A DNA stretch of 64,000 nt from Gemmatimonadota bacterium (GCA_039586365.1 JBDHKN010000007.1:1-64000), one strand, 5' to 3'. Positions 1 to 10,215 are shown, counted from the first letter of the stretch. The notes: a model not told the origin generated them from the sequence alone. Program-made: numbers and translations.

Positions 1-1373
1 TGGGTCTCAAGGGAGGTCTCCGCACGCTCCGCCGTCAACGAATCGTCCACAGTCTAGGCGCCACTCACGTGATCTTTCAGCAGTATCACTCGGGGATCCG
101 GGTACATCGTGCCTATGTGACAGTGCACATTGGACGCGACCGACGCATCTACTTGGCGAAGAACCGGGCCGTTCCCCACCCTCTCCTCCCGGAGTTGACT
201 AAGCCACGCTTGAACGTCGCGATGGCAAAACAACGGGCTCTGCGCACAGTCAAAGGTGGCGCCACCAACGCCCGGGTCCTGGACGTCGAAAAGATGTGGT
301 TTCCCAGACACCAGGAGCTACGGCTCGCATATCGAGTTCGACTTCACAGATACGAACCTCGCGAAGAGTGGCTGATTCACGTAGACGCTCAAACCGGCCG
401 CCTGCTTTCCAGTCGCGAAAACCTCGGTCGCGTCACTGGCTCCGGACGCGTGTTCGATCCCAATCCCGTGATCGCCCTGGGAGACCACCACGTCCTGCTG
501 CGTGGAGAACGACCTACCCGGTTCGTTCCCCAAGAAGCCTACAGGACGGTCTCCCTCAAAGACTTGGCAGGAACTGGCTACCTGGACGGAAGACGCGTTA
601 CAACTGGTCCGACAAAGAGAAGAGTCAGACGCACTGACAACCGGTTCTTCTTCTCGTCTCACGAGAAGGGCTTCGAAGAGGTCATGGCGTACTTTCACAT
701 CGACCGCGCGGTTCGCTATCTGGAAGCACTCGGGTTTCGGGGACGACGTGCGATTCTTCGCGAGCCGGTTGCCGTCAATGTAAATGGGACCCCCAAAGAC
801 AACTCCTGGTACAGTCCGGGCCTGAAGCGCATCACGTTTGGGTCCGGCGGAGTCGACGACGCAGAGGACGCGGAGACCATCCTCCACGAACTGGGGCATG
901 CTATACAGGACGCGATTTGTCCGGGCTTCGGCCAGTCGGCACAGGCAGCAGCTATCGGCGAGGGATTCGGCGATTACTTCGCCGCGAGCTTCTTTGCGCA
1001 CAAGAAGACACCGGAATACCGTACATCCATCATGACTTGGGATGGGATCACTTGGGACGAGATCTACGATCCCCCTTGCGTGCGGCGCATCGATGAAGCG
1101 TACACCTTCGAGAGCTTCGACCACGGCAAGTGGGGCGAGGAACACGAAAATGGTCTCATCTGGTCTGCAACGCTATGGGAGATTTACAGGGCCTTCGGGC
1201 GCCGGATAGCGGACCGCATAATCCTCGAAAGTCAATTCCAGCTAGACTCGTTCACCACCTTCTCGCGTGGTGCTCGGGCTATTATGGATGCCGATCAAAA
1301 CCTCTACGGGGGAAAGCACCACAGCCGCCTAAGACGGCTGTTCGCGTGGCGCGGGATCGGGCCCTTGAGATGA
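1..1373 (+). CDS. Secreted zinc metallopeptidase, M4/M36 (thermolysin/fungalysin-like) with FTP/PepSY propeptide; 5'-partial
   Basis: HELGH zinc motif, downstream GEGFGDY third ligand, EEHENGLIW catalytic His region, PepSY-like 'VDAQTGRLL'. The frame is open back to the window edge. Confidence 0.85.
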   Translation, partial: GLKGGLRTLRRQRIVHSLGATHVIFQQYHSGIRVHRAYVTVHIGRDRRIYLAKNRAVPHPLLPELTKPRLNVAMAKQRALRTVKGGATNARVLDVEKMWFPRHQELRLAYRVRLHRYEPREEWLIHVDAQTGRLLSSRENLGRVTGSGRVFDPNPVIALGDHHVLLRGERPTRFVPQEAYRTVSLKDLAGTGYLDGRRVTTGPTKRRVRRTDNRFFFSSHEKGFEEVMAYFHIDRAVRYLEALGFRGRRAILREPVAVNVNGTPKDNSWYSPGLKRITFGSGGVDDAEDAETILHELGHAIQDAICPGFGQSAQAAAIGEGFGDYFAASFFAHKKTPEYRTSIMTWDGITWDEIYDPPCVRRIDEAYTFESFDHGKWGEEHENGLIWSATLWEIYRAFGRRIADRIILESQFQLDSFTTFSRGARAIMDADQNLYGGKHHSRLRRLFAWRGIGPLR

Positions 1374-1431
1374 ACCCTACCTGCCGCCGTCCGCCCCAAC
1401 CGACAACCCTAGTTCTCCCAGGTCGATCCAA

Positions 1432-2193
1432 CTAGTTCCTCTCGACCAGCGCCCGCAGGGCTCGGTCGACGGCTTCTCGACTGCGCTGCCGGTCCTGAAA
1501 CAACTCTTCTTCGGGCACTAGTTGTCGACTTCCTGGATCGGTGCCCACTTTCTCGAGCAGTTCAATGCCGCCCGCGTCAGAAAAAACCTCCACGCCGTTC
1601 ATGTCCTCCATGAAAACCATCAGCGACAGAGCCCTCACCGTACCGCGCGGCAGTTGACTCTCGCTCGAGCTCAGGATGGCACCGATGAAATCGAGGACCC
1701 GAACCCCAAACTCGACCATAGACTGAGATGTGCCATCCCAGGTTGCGACACCTTCTGCGAACGGAGCGTCGACGGTCCATATCTCCGGATAGAGCACCAC
1801 ATCAGCGTGGTACATTTCTGACAGATCCAAATAGAGCCGTTCCCGAGCCAACTCGAACTTCGTTTCGTCACGTTCGCCTGTGATCGGATCTGACAGCCCC
1901 CCCATCTGATCGAGAATGCGACCCCAGACCGCTACGTAGTCCTCCACAGAGACTAACGAGTACCCAGCATCAGCCAGAACGGTGGCTATCAGTGAATCGA
2001 ACTCTCCGGCTGCGGTGGCCTGGACTTGCAGCCCTTCCGGAATCAACACCGGGGTCAGCGCGACAATCTCAGTCTGTTGGAAGAAACCCTCAGGAGGGAT
2101 CGAAAAGGGATAGGAATCCGACTTCCCCGCGCAAGCGGGCACGACAAGAGCAAGCGTGAGGCACGCAGTAGTGCCGGAAAGTCGCGAAGGCAC
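1432..2193 (-). CDS. Uncharacterised lipoprotein (paralogue of 61774-62514)
   Basis: Signal peptide with lipobox VPAC. Gap-free 117-aa alignment with the 61774-62514 product. Confidence 0.75.
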   Translation of the reverse strand: MPSRLSGTTACLTLALVVPACAGKSDSYPFSIPPEGFFQQTEIVALTPVLIPEGLQVQATAAGEFDSLIATVLADAGYSLVSVEDYVAVWGRILDQMGGLSDPITGERDETKFELARERLYLDLSEMYHADVVLYPEIWTVDAPFAEGVATWDGTSQSMVEFGVRVLDFIGAILSSSESQLPRGTVRALSLMVFMEDMNGVEVFSDAGGIELLEKVGTDPGSRQLVPEEELFQDRQRSREAVDRALRALVERN

Positions 2194-2384
2194 AGACCTA
2201 TCGAATACCGTTCTGGTAATGGTCAGTTAACCACTCTAAACGTATCTACACCTGAGACCCCTCTCCAGAGCCACCTGCCGCATAGAGGCCCCACGTGCTT
2301 GATTTCCTGCACGATACTGTTTAGCTGTGTGACAGGCCGGAGCACTACTCGGCAATTCCTTGGACGCAAGCCGCGAGGTGAAGC

Positions 2385-3050
2385 ATGCGACGTATCACAG
2401 GATTCCTGGTTCTGAGTGCCCTAGTTGTATCGGCGGTTGGGTGCGCCACCCGGGCCCAGACGGGCGCGGCCGTGGGAGCCGGTGCAGGTGCAGTAGCGGG
2501 TGCAGCGATCGGCCGCGCCGCCGGCAACACGGCGGCTGGTGCGATATTGGGTGCTGCGATCGGTGGTGCCGCTGGTGCCATCATCGGCGGTTACATGGAC
2601 AGGCAGGCTGCCGAGATCGAACGCGACATAGAAGGGGCCAAAGTTGAGCGGATCGGCGAGGGGATCAAGATCACGTTCGAGTCAGGGATCCTGTTTGATT
2701 ACAACAGGGCCGATCTCAAGCCAGTGGCACAGCAAAACCTCACTGAGTTGGCGGCAATCCTGACGAAGTATGAAGACACCAACATCCTCATAGAGGGACA
2801 CACCGACTCAGACGGTGCCGAGGACTACAACCTGGAACTCTCACGCCGCCGCGCCCAGTCAGTTGCCAACCACCTCGGAGGGGTCGGTGTGGACCCGACT
2901 CGGTTCACCATGATGGGGTATGGCGAGGTCCAACCAGTCGCGAGCAATGAAACGCCGGACGGCAAGGCCCTGAACCGCCGCGTGGAAGTGGCAATAATGG
3001 CCAACGACAAGCTGAAAGCAGCTGCCGCACGCCAGACCAAGGGGGATTAA
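2385..3050 (+). CDS. OmpA-family lipoprotein with glycine zipper (YiaD-like)
   Basis: Lipobox AVGC, Gly-zipper GAAVGAGAGAVAGAAIG, OmpA C-terminal motifs EGHTD, NLELSRRRA, NRRVEV. RBS gaggtg. Confidence 0.93.
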   Translation: MRRITGFLVLSALVVSAVGCATRAQTGAAVGAGAGAVAGAAIGRAAGNTAAGAILGAAIGGAAGAIIGGYMDRQAAEIERDIEGAKVERIGEGIKITFESGILFDYNRADLKPVAQQNLTELAAILTKYEDTNILIEGHTDSDGAEDYNLELSRRRAQSVANHLGGVGVDPTRFTMMGYGEVQPVASNETPDGKALNRRVEVAIMANDKLKAAAARQTKGD

Positions 3051-3154
3051 GCAGCCGAATTGCTTGGACGACACCAAGGTCGACTGCACGGGCGACTTCG
3101 CTGCAACCGAAGTCGCCCTTGCTCTGAGGGCCACTATCGAGCTGGTCGAGCTCC

Positions 3155-4207
3155 CTACGGCAGTTCCGGTATTGCCAGCGATCCGCATTCCAATGCGGCC
3201 AGGAACGTCACGATCAGGGCGACCTCCTCATCAGTTAGGGCTCGATCCATCAGGAGGGCACTTAGGTTGCGGTTCGGATATCCTCCTCCGGCCATGAAGC
3301 GCACCGCCGCCTCGAGCGTGCCCACCGATCCGTCGTGGAAGTACGGCGCGCTCTTCGAGACATTGCGCAGGCTCGGCGTCTTGAAGGCGGCCCAGTCAGA
3401 TTCCTGTTCAGAAACAAGCATCCGCCCAGTGTCGATGTCAGCTGCAGGTTTTTCAGCGATCCCGACACCAGTGTTGAAGTAGGCCCCCTCCGCAGTCGCG
3501 GACTGGTTGGAGAAGAACGGCGGAGTGTGGCACGTTGCGCACGCAGCCTTCCCAAGGAACAGGTCGAGTCCCGCTTGTTCCTGACTCGTGAGCGCCTCGT
3601 TGTCACCACTCACGAAGCGGTCGTAGCGGGTATCGTTGCACACCAGCGTGCGTTCGTAAGCAGCGATGGCTTGAACGACAGTCTCGGGTGTCACACCTTG
3701 GTCGGGAAAGACACTGGCAAACTGCTCCTGGTAACCAGCTATGGCAGCTATTTCACGAGCTTTCGCCTCCAGACCATCCCGACCCACTCCCATGTTCCCT
3801 CCAGACCAGGCACCGGTTGCCTGGGCCTCGAGCGACGCAGCACGGCCATCCCAATACCATCTCTTCATGTAACCGACGTTCCAGATAACAGGACTGTGGC
3901 GGCTGAGCTTTCTGTTGAGCGCGCCGATTGCGGTCGGCTCCCCCCCACCATTGCCGTGCTCGTTCCGGTGACACGTGTAACACGCCCGCGTCCCGTCAAC
4001 CGAAAGACGCTCATCGAAGAAGAGTTGGTGACCCAACGACACTTTCGCCTCGGTCTGGGGGTTGTCGGCCGGAACGGCCATTTCCCCCAAATCAGCTGCG
4101 TGGCTCGACGCACCGGAACCTGCTCCGCCACAGCCCCAGGCGGCGAAGACGAATTGCCCAATCAATGCTGCCAATAAGCCTTTCGGAATTCTCGCCTCGT
4201 GAATCAT
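3155..4207 (-). CDS. Di-haem cytochrome c peroxidase/MauG-family lipoprotein
   Basis: CYTCH and CATCH haem motifs; LG.QLFFD.RLS, WDGRA, FKTPSLRNV, PYFHDGS. Start reset to MIHEAR (RBS aggag). Confidence 0.88.
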   Translation of the reverse strand: MIHEARIPKGLLAALIGQFVFAAWGCGGAGSGASSHAADLGEMAVPADNPQTEAKVSLGHQLFFDERLSVDGTRACYTCHRNEHGNGGGEPTAIGALNRKLSRHSPVIWNVGYMKRWYWDGRAASLEAQATGAWSGGNMGVGRDGLEAKAREIAAIAGYQEQFASVFPDQGVTPETVVQAIAAYERTLVCNDTRYDRFVSGDNEALTSQEQAGLDLFLGKAACATCHTPPFFSNQSATAEGAYFNTGVGIAEKPAADIDTGRMLVSEQESDWAAFKTPSLRNVSKSAPYFHDGSVGTLEAAVRFMAGGGYPNRNLSALLMDRALTDEEVALIVTFLAALECGSLAIPELP

Positions 4208-4259
4208 GCTGTCTCCTGTGTTGGACCGATAGTGAGCTGGCAGAACATGTCGCGTGCCG

Positions 4260-5285
4260 TCAACCAGTGTTGCCAGGCCGCCTGTGCCGCTCAATGAAAT
4301 CTTCGACCTCCTTGGGAACAAGCAGATTGTCAGATATGCCTGCTATCTCCTCTGCCGCACGCCAGGCAGCTTCCAGCTCCACGAGCTCCCCCGCCAACGC
4401 TCGGCGCTCTTGCTCCTCATGGACAGCCATCTCTAGTGCAAGGCGAGTAGGCCGGGGCATGCGGTGGACAAAACCCGGAGTCTTGCGGAACAGTTTGTTG
4501 CCGCTGCGTATTTCGGCCTCGTCCTGCGCCACAAACTTTCCTGGCACCTGAGAGAGAAGTACCTCTGGATCACCTGATTCTTCGATTTGGTTCACAGCCT
4601 CCGCAACGACCTGTTTGGAACCCGCCATGCGATTCACTCCGGGGAGGAGCAGGCCAGTTACCCGCACTGCCTCTGCTCCGCGGAAAACCTCCTCGCCACC
4701 CGAGTACTTCACTAGGATGTGCCAGCCTCCCTCGCCAGGATCTGCCACAAAGCGTGCTTTCTGCAACTTGTCATGGTTCACTTTCAATATCCGACCGTCC
4801 TGAGTCTTGATGCGGATGCGGACAGGGATATTCGCTATAACGTTGTAGAACGGCCCAACGAAACCCCCACCGACCCCAGCGGCAACACCACCCACCGCCA
4901 CTGCACCGGCAAAAGCGACTCCCGCCACCGACCAGGCTATGGCTCGCCTTCTGCGACGCCCGAACTGATCGCCGTAGCGCCAGGCGGCAAACTCGGGTCG
5001 CAGCGGTTCACCAATGCGCACCAGCTCAAGGCCTTCTCGCAGCCTTGCCAGCCCGATGTTGTCGGTCGACATCCGCAAGCGAGTTTCGCGGAACCTGCGC
5101 TCGCAATCTTCAATCGCTTCCCAACGCTCCTCCAACGGCGTCAGGTTCCAGCGCTCACACTTGCCACAGACCACCCACAGCCGACCCCGCTCCGAATCGA
5201 ACGCGAGCCTCCTGCCCACCGGAAACGTCTCGATAACACCGTTCGTTCCAAGTGGCCGATTGCAGAAGAGGCATATCGAGTACAC
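4260..5285 (-). CDS. Hypothetical membrane protein with N-terminal Zn-ribbon-like CxxC...CxxC
   Basis: CLFC and CGKC pairs, one Gly-rich hydrophobic segment. GTG start at VYSICLFC is inferred. Confidence 0.7.
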   Translation of the reverse strand: MYSICLFCNRPLGTNGVIETFPVGRRLAFDSERGRLWVVCGKCERWNLTPLEERWEAIEDCERRFRETRLRMSTDNIGLARLREGLELVRIGEPLRPEFAAWRYGDQFGRRRRRAIAWSVAGVAFAGAVAVGGVAAGVGGGFVGPFYNVIANIPVRIRIKTQDGRILKVNHDKLQKARFVADPGEGGWHILVKYSGGEEVFRGAEAVRVTGLLLPGVNRMAGSKQVVAEAVNQIEESGDPEVLLSQVPGKFVAQDEAEIRSGNKLFRKTPGFVHRMPRPTRLALEMAVHEEQERRALAGELVELEAAWRAAEEIAGISDNLLVPKEVEDFIERHRRPGNTG

Positions 5286-5430
5286 AGAGGCGATTCCTAT
5301 GGAGTCACAGGTGTCGGTGCAAAGCTTCGACGCGTCGAGAACCTCGAGTGGTGACGGACCCCACCAACCCAACAGCGACTCCAGTTGAGGTGGAGTCGCT
5401 GAACCTCCGGATAACGGCTGCGCGGGACGG

Positions 5431-7233
5431 TTAGCTCCCTGTCTCCCCGTAGATCACTTTGCCACCGACTACGGTGTACATCACCTTCGCTTCCAGCAGC
5501 TTTGCGGGATCGTCGTGACCCACTTCTATGAGGTTGGTGTCGAACACCGCGATATCGGCCAGCATACCAGGTGTGAGCGTACCCTTGATGTCCTCCTCGA
5601 ATGCAGCCCACGCAGGAGATTTTGTGTACGCATCGATTGCTTCCTCAATCGTCAAGCGTTGATCAGGGAACCAACCTTCCGGTGGCTCACCGTTGAGCGT
5701 CTGCCGCGTGACCGCCGCATATAGCCCGTACACTGGATTGAGGTAGTACCGTGCGGCATTGGTCCCGGGACTATCACTCCCGAAGATCAGTACGGCACCC
5801 GCATCCTTGAGTTTGCGGAACGCATAAGCGCCCTCACAGCGCGTGCTACCGATCCTTTCCTCCATCCACCGCATGTCATCCGAGATGTGGTACGGGTTCA
5901 CTTCTGCCACAAGGTTGAGTTCTCCGAACCGGGCAAAATCGTCCGAGTGCACCACCTGAGCGTGGATCACTCGCCAGCGGTGGTCGTTGTCAACTAGCCC
6001 AGCTTCATGGAGTACCTTGTCGTATATGTCGAGCAGAATACGATTGCCCAGATCCCCGATTGCGTGAACGTGAGGTGGCATCCTGGTTGGCACGGCTTCG
6101 GTGAGTAGCTTCTCCAGATTACCCGGCGGGAAGTCTGTGTAGCGCGGCCCGGCGGGAGTTACCTCCCGCCATGCGTTCGTGCGGGACTCCGGAAGCATGA
6201 TCGTCCGGATTAGGCCTCGGTTAGCCGGATCGTGATCATACGATTCGAAGAACATCGCGCCACTACTCCCCATGATCCCATCTACATATGCCTTGTACCC
6301 AATGAAGGAGATCCAGTCATCTCCCACACCTTCCGAAATACCCAGTGCAGCAACGTCCGAGGCCAGATCGAGCTGCGGCCGCACCTGGAACCGCACCGTC
6401 AGCTCACCCCTTCGCTGCAATTCGCGGTACGCCATGAGCTGCGGTGCCCGCGTAATGTCCTGAATAGTCGTCACACCGCCCTCACGGGCTTCCTTGAGCA
6501 CGGCCCTGACCTGGGCGAGACGAGTCTCAAACGGCAGCGGGGGAATCACATCCCGAACCAGACTGACCGCCTCTCCCCTGAGGATGCCGGTGAGCCGTCC
6601 AGACGCATCTCTTTCGATTGCTCCACCCCTTGGTGCCCCTGTGCTGGCAGTTATTCCTGCCAACTCCAGCGCCACGCTATTGGCCAGGTACATCTGGCGA
6701 TCGAAGCTGTTGACCAGTACTGGGTGGTTTGGTGTCACACTGTCGATGAGACTGCGGTCTGGTGTGAATCGCCCGTCGGCTCCTCCCGTCTCCCCTTCCC
6801 GCCCGGTAGAGCCAGCGGCCCACTGCTCATAAGCACCCCAGTCACCGCGTGTGATCCAGCTACCCTGGGGCAGGTTGGCGGCAGCCGCCTTGATCCTCTG
6901 AGTGAAGGCCACGGGTTCGTGGACATCGAGCAGATTCGCTCCAGTCAACAGAGCACCAGTGGCATCGACATGCACGTGAGCATCGTTGAAGCCGGGCAAG
7001 GCAAATGCCCCGTCGAGATCGATGCGCCTGGTGCTGGACCCCGCCAACCGCCGGATCTCGGAAGTCGACCCCACAGCGAGGATTCGTTCACCTTTGACGG
7101 CCACGGCCTCGGCCCAGGGCTGTTGTTCATCAAGTGTGTACACTTGACCATTCACTAGGATTAGATCGGCACCCTGTGGTGTGGCGCACGACACCACCAC
7201 GAGACCGGCTGCAACGGCAACAAGCCGTTTCAT
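5431..7233 (-). CDS. YtcJ-like amidohydrolase (Amidohydro_3), lipoprotein
   Basis: PGFNDAHVH, K..VDG.MGS, HAIGD, RVIHAQ, FGSD, G.L.PG.LAD. Lipobox VVSC. Confidence 0.9.
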   Translation of the reverse strand: MKRLVAVAAGLVVVSCATPQGADLILVNGQVYTLDEQQPWAEAVAVKGERILAVGSTSEIRRLAGSSTRRIDLDGAFALPGFNDAHVHVDATGALLTGANLLDVHEPVAFTQRIKAAAANLPQGSWITRGDWGAYEQWAAGSTGREGETGGADGRFTPDRSLIDSVTPNHPVLVNSFDRQMYLANSVALELAGITASTGAPRGGAIERDASGRLTGILRGEAVSLVRDVIPPLPFETRLAQVRAVLKEAREGGVTTIQDITRAPQLMAYRELQRRGELTVRFQVRPQLDLASDVAALGISEGVGDDWISFIGYKAYVDGIMGSSGAMFFESYDHDPANRGLIRTIMLPESRTNAWREVTPAGPRYTDFPPGNLEKLLTEAVPTRMPPHVHAIGDLGNRILLDIYDKVLHEAGLVDNDHRWRVIHAQVVHSDDFARFGELNLVAEVNPYHISDDMRWMEERIGSTRCEGAYAFRKLKDAGAVLIFGSDSPGTNAARYYLNPVYGLYAAVTRQTLNGEPPEGWFPDQRLTIEEAIDAYTKSPAWAAFEEDIKGTLTPGMLADIAVFDTNLIEVGHDDPAKLLEAKVMYTVVGGKVIYGETGS

Positions 7234-7381
7234 CGCTGCCCCCCATATTTGATTGCTATCAGTTGCTCCTCGGAGCGATTTCAAATCCAACCGGAAGTAT
7301 CCACCTGATTACCATCAGGACTTGGCTCTGCGCTAAGATAGGTTGAAGATCACTGGGTCGCGAGAACGGTCTGTACTGTGA

Positions 7382-8187
7382 TCATGAGCCCCGAGTAACC
7401 GGCAGGATTAGGCAGGTGGGCCCACCCCCTCCCTTGCGAAACTCCGACAAATCGAGACCATGCACGGTCATTCCAGTGCCTCCACGGCCCGTGCATTCTC
7501 AGCGCTGTTGGCTATGAGTTCGCCATCACCCAGGCAAATAACATTGCCTGGAGAGAGTCCCACCGGCTTGACTTCCGTGATCTCGAAACCCGCCAAGTAG
7601 TCCGAAGGCACAGCACCGCGACAGCAGATGACCATTCCGGGCCCAATCATGCTCAGCGCACCACCCAAATGAAGATAATCCTCGCCTACCACGGTGGTTC
7701 GCACCTCATAACCCATTTTGCTGAGCATGCTCGACAGTTGTCTTGCCCCCTCTGCGTTGGTCCGCCCGGAAAGACCCACGAATGCGACATCGTCCGCCAG
7801 AATCACGTCTCCCCCTTCTACCGTACCGGGTGCAGTGATTTCGCCAATCTGCGGTTCGCCCATCGCCTCCAACTCTCGCGAAATCCAATCCTCCTCACCC
7901 CGTCTCACCTCCAGTCCCATCCGCAGTCGGATATGGCCCGCTGGAGTGCAAAGCGCTACGTCGCGTGGGAAGACCGAGTTCGGGTGACCGGCAAGTTCCG
8001 GCACGTCGACAACATCCGCACCAAAACTGGTCATAGTATCCTTCAGACGATCGTGCTGTCTTATGGTAGCAGCAGGGTCAGCGAGTTGAGGGATGTTTGC
8101 AGCCTCATGAGTCGCGACATCGAAATACGCGTTTTGTGGCGTTGATACCACCACTCGCTTCAGTCGGTCCCCCTCGCTCTTAAGCAT
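7382..8187 (-). pseudogene. Dimethylarginine dimethylaminohydrolase/amidinotransferase-family gene, frameshifted near the 3' end
   Basis: HPNSVFPRD, RRGE, EGGDV, HL motifs. The ORF stops at 7468, but the conserved tail MTVHGLDLSEFRKGGGGPTCLILPV continues in the adjacent frame to 7382. May be an assembly artefact. Confidence 0.8.
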
Positions 8188-8190
8188 CCC

Positions 8191-8580
8191 CTACCTGTCT
8201 GAACTCTCGCTTTCCACAGCCAACAGTTCACGCACGACGGTCGTCAGCTGCTCGGGAGTTACCGGCTTGACCAGCGTTCTCACCGACCCCATTCTACCTG
8301 CGATTTGAAGAAACCGTGGTTCCCTCCGGTACACTGATCCCGAGATTGCCACAATCTTCGCAGCGGGATCCTCCTTCTGAAGCTCACTGATGAACTCCAA
8401 TCCGTCCATGACCGGCATGAAAAGGTCGGCAACCACAACGTCGGCCCGTTTCTCACGATATCGCTCGATCGCCTCCTGGCCGTTCTCAGCCTGGTCCACC
8501 TCGTGACCATCACGCTCGAGGATTTTCCTCAGGGCATCACGCACCATCGCCTCATCATCCACAACTAGGATGCGTGCCAT
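8191..8580 (-). CDS. Single-domain response regulator (CheY-like receiver)
   Basis: ILVVDD, DLFMPVMDG phosphoacceptor, ISG, KP motifs. Confidence 0.93.
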   Translation of the reverse strand: MARILVVDDEAMVRDALRKILERDGHEVDQAENGQEAIERYREKRADVVVADLFMPVMDGLEFISELQKEDPAAKIVAISGSVYRREPRFLQIAGRMGSVRTLVKPVTPEQLTTVVRELLAVESESSDR

Positions 8581-8596
8581 AATCCCTCCCGGTGAG

Positions 8597-8612
8597 GATG
8601 ATCCAAATCATC
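8597..8612. promoter_or_regulatory. Perfect palindrome GATGAT-ccaa-ATCATC (FNR/CRP-like spacing) upstream of the receiver gene
   Basis: 6-4-6 inverted repeat next to the RBS, core TGAT-N4-ATCA. Confidence 0.3.
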
Positions 8613-8643
8613 ATTTCAACGTCCACTCAGAATGATCGACATA

Positions 8644-10071
8644 TTACGGCGCTCTGCGTCGCCAATATAGATACACGGGCACTCCCAGAGCCGCGATCCC
8701 CAACCCAGCCAGTGACTCCACTGGCCTGGCGAACAGCGTGTTCAGCAGGATCACCAGAGTCGCAACGATGAAGATCAGAGGTACGTAGGGATATCCCCAT
8801 GTTTCATACGGGCGCGGAAGATCCGGACGTCGCTTACGCAGCACGAATACCGATGCGGTCCCCACGATCCAGAATATCAACGTGACGAAGATCACATACG
8901 TGAATAGCTGTTCATACGTGCCAGTAAAAGTCAGGGCAGCTGCCCACAAGGCTTGAACCCCGATAGCGAAAGTTGGTGTCCCAAATCGTGGATGTACTTT
9001 GCCCACCTTCCGGAAGAAGACTCCATCTCTCGCCATTGCATAGTAGACTCGGGGCCCCACGAAGATGGCACCGTTCAGTGCCCCAAAGGCGGACACTACT
9101 ACTGCGGCAGACACCAGACTGGCCCCAGTACCGCCGAACATGGTAGTGGACGCCTCTTCAGCAATCCTAACGACGCCGGCCATGTCACTCGGCGAGAGGG
9201 CCCTGAGGTAGACGAGATTCACCAGCATGTAGAGCGTCGTAATGACAAGTGTTCCGCCCACCAAAGCGACCGGAATGTTGCTCCTGGGATTTTTTATCTC
9301 ACCAGCTACATAGGTGATGTTGTTCCATCCGTCAAAAGCCCACGAGACGGCCACAATGGCAACCCCGAATCCGACTAGCAGAGAGCCAAAACTCATTGCA
9401 GTGGGATTGACCGCGTGTTCCACCGGCGCAACTCGGCCGCTGACCAAGCCAAGAATGATGAACCCCACTATCACTGCGAGTTTGACCAGGGTGAAGGAGT
9501 TCTGAATCAGCTTACCAAATACCACTCCCAAGTAGTTGCAGGTCGACAAGACGAGTATCACAGCCACCGCTACCAACTGACCTGCTGAAAGTGAGTAGCG
9601 GAACTCGACCCCGAAGGGGGCCAGATCAAACAAAAGCAGGTTCTGCCCCGTTGAGAGACCGGGGAAGAAATAGCCAACGTATTCGGCAAAGCCCATCCCA
9701 AGCGCTGCGATCGACCCTCCCATAGAGACGAGGAACAGAATCCAGCCAAACAGAAACGCGACGAGGTTGCCATACGCTTCTCGCAGGTAGACGTACTGTC
9801 CTCCGGCCTCGGGCATCGCTGCACCCAGCTCGGCAAACGTCAAAGCGCCGGTGAGAGTCAGAATCCCACCGGCCAGCCATGCCAAGAGTATGAGTGGAGC
9901 TGACGGAATGCTCTGGGCCATGATTCCTGTCGTTAGGAAGATCCCAGACCCAATAACGATCCCTACCATCATCATGATTGAGTCGAAGAGCCCGAGCTGG
10001 CGGGTCAGCGTCGGGGGCCGCTCTTCGCTTACAGGTGTCGCTGAGTTCACAATGCTATCATTGCTGGACAT
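8644..10071 (-). CDS. APC-family amino acid permease (LAT/SteT-like)
   Basis: [41 protein letters not shown]; about 12 TM helices. Confidence 0.93.
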   Translation of the reverse strand: MSSNDSIVNSATPVSEERPPTLTRQLGLFDSIMMMVGIVIGSGIFLTTGIMAQSIPSAPLILLAWLAGGILTLTGALTFAELGAAMPEAGGQYVYLREAYGNLVAFLFGWILFLVSMGGSIAALGMGFAEYVGYFFPGLSTGQNLLLFDLAPFGVEFRYSLSAGQLVAVAVILVLSTCNYLGVVFGKLIQNSFTLVKLAVIVGFIILGLVSGRVAPVEHAVNPTAMSFGSLLVGFGVAIVAVSWAFDGWNNITYVAGEIKNPRSNIPVALVGGTLVITTLYMLVNLVYLRALSPSDMAGVVRIAEEASTTMFGGTGASLVSAAVVVSAFGALNGAIFVGPRVYYAMARDGVFFRKVGKVHPRFGTPTFAIGVQALWAAALTFTGTYEQLFTYVIFVTLIFWIVGTASVFVLRKRRPDLPRPYETWGYPYVPLIFIVATLVILLNTLFARPVESLAGLGIAALGVPVYLYWRRRAP

Positions 10072-10215
10072 CGTCAGTTCCAAAAGAAACCCCGAGACGC
10101 CCCCGCCGACCAGGGTACGAGGCTCGTCGATACGCTCCTAGCAGATACCCAATCCCGAGCATATCTTCTGGCACAAGTCATACATTCTCAACCCACCCAA
10201 CTCCAAAGAACCACG

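Noticed and set aside
7468..7470. TGA in the DDAH gene as selenocysteine, readthrough or programmed frameshift
   Set aside because: In-frame readthrough gives unrelated sequence (PCMVSICRS...), the conserved tail is in another frame, and there is no slippery heptamer.
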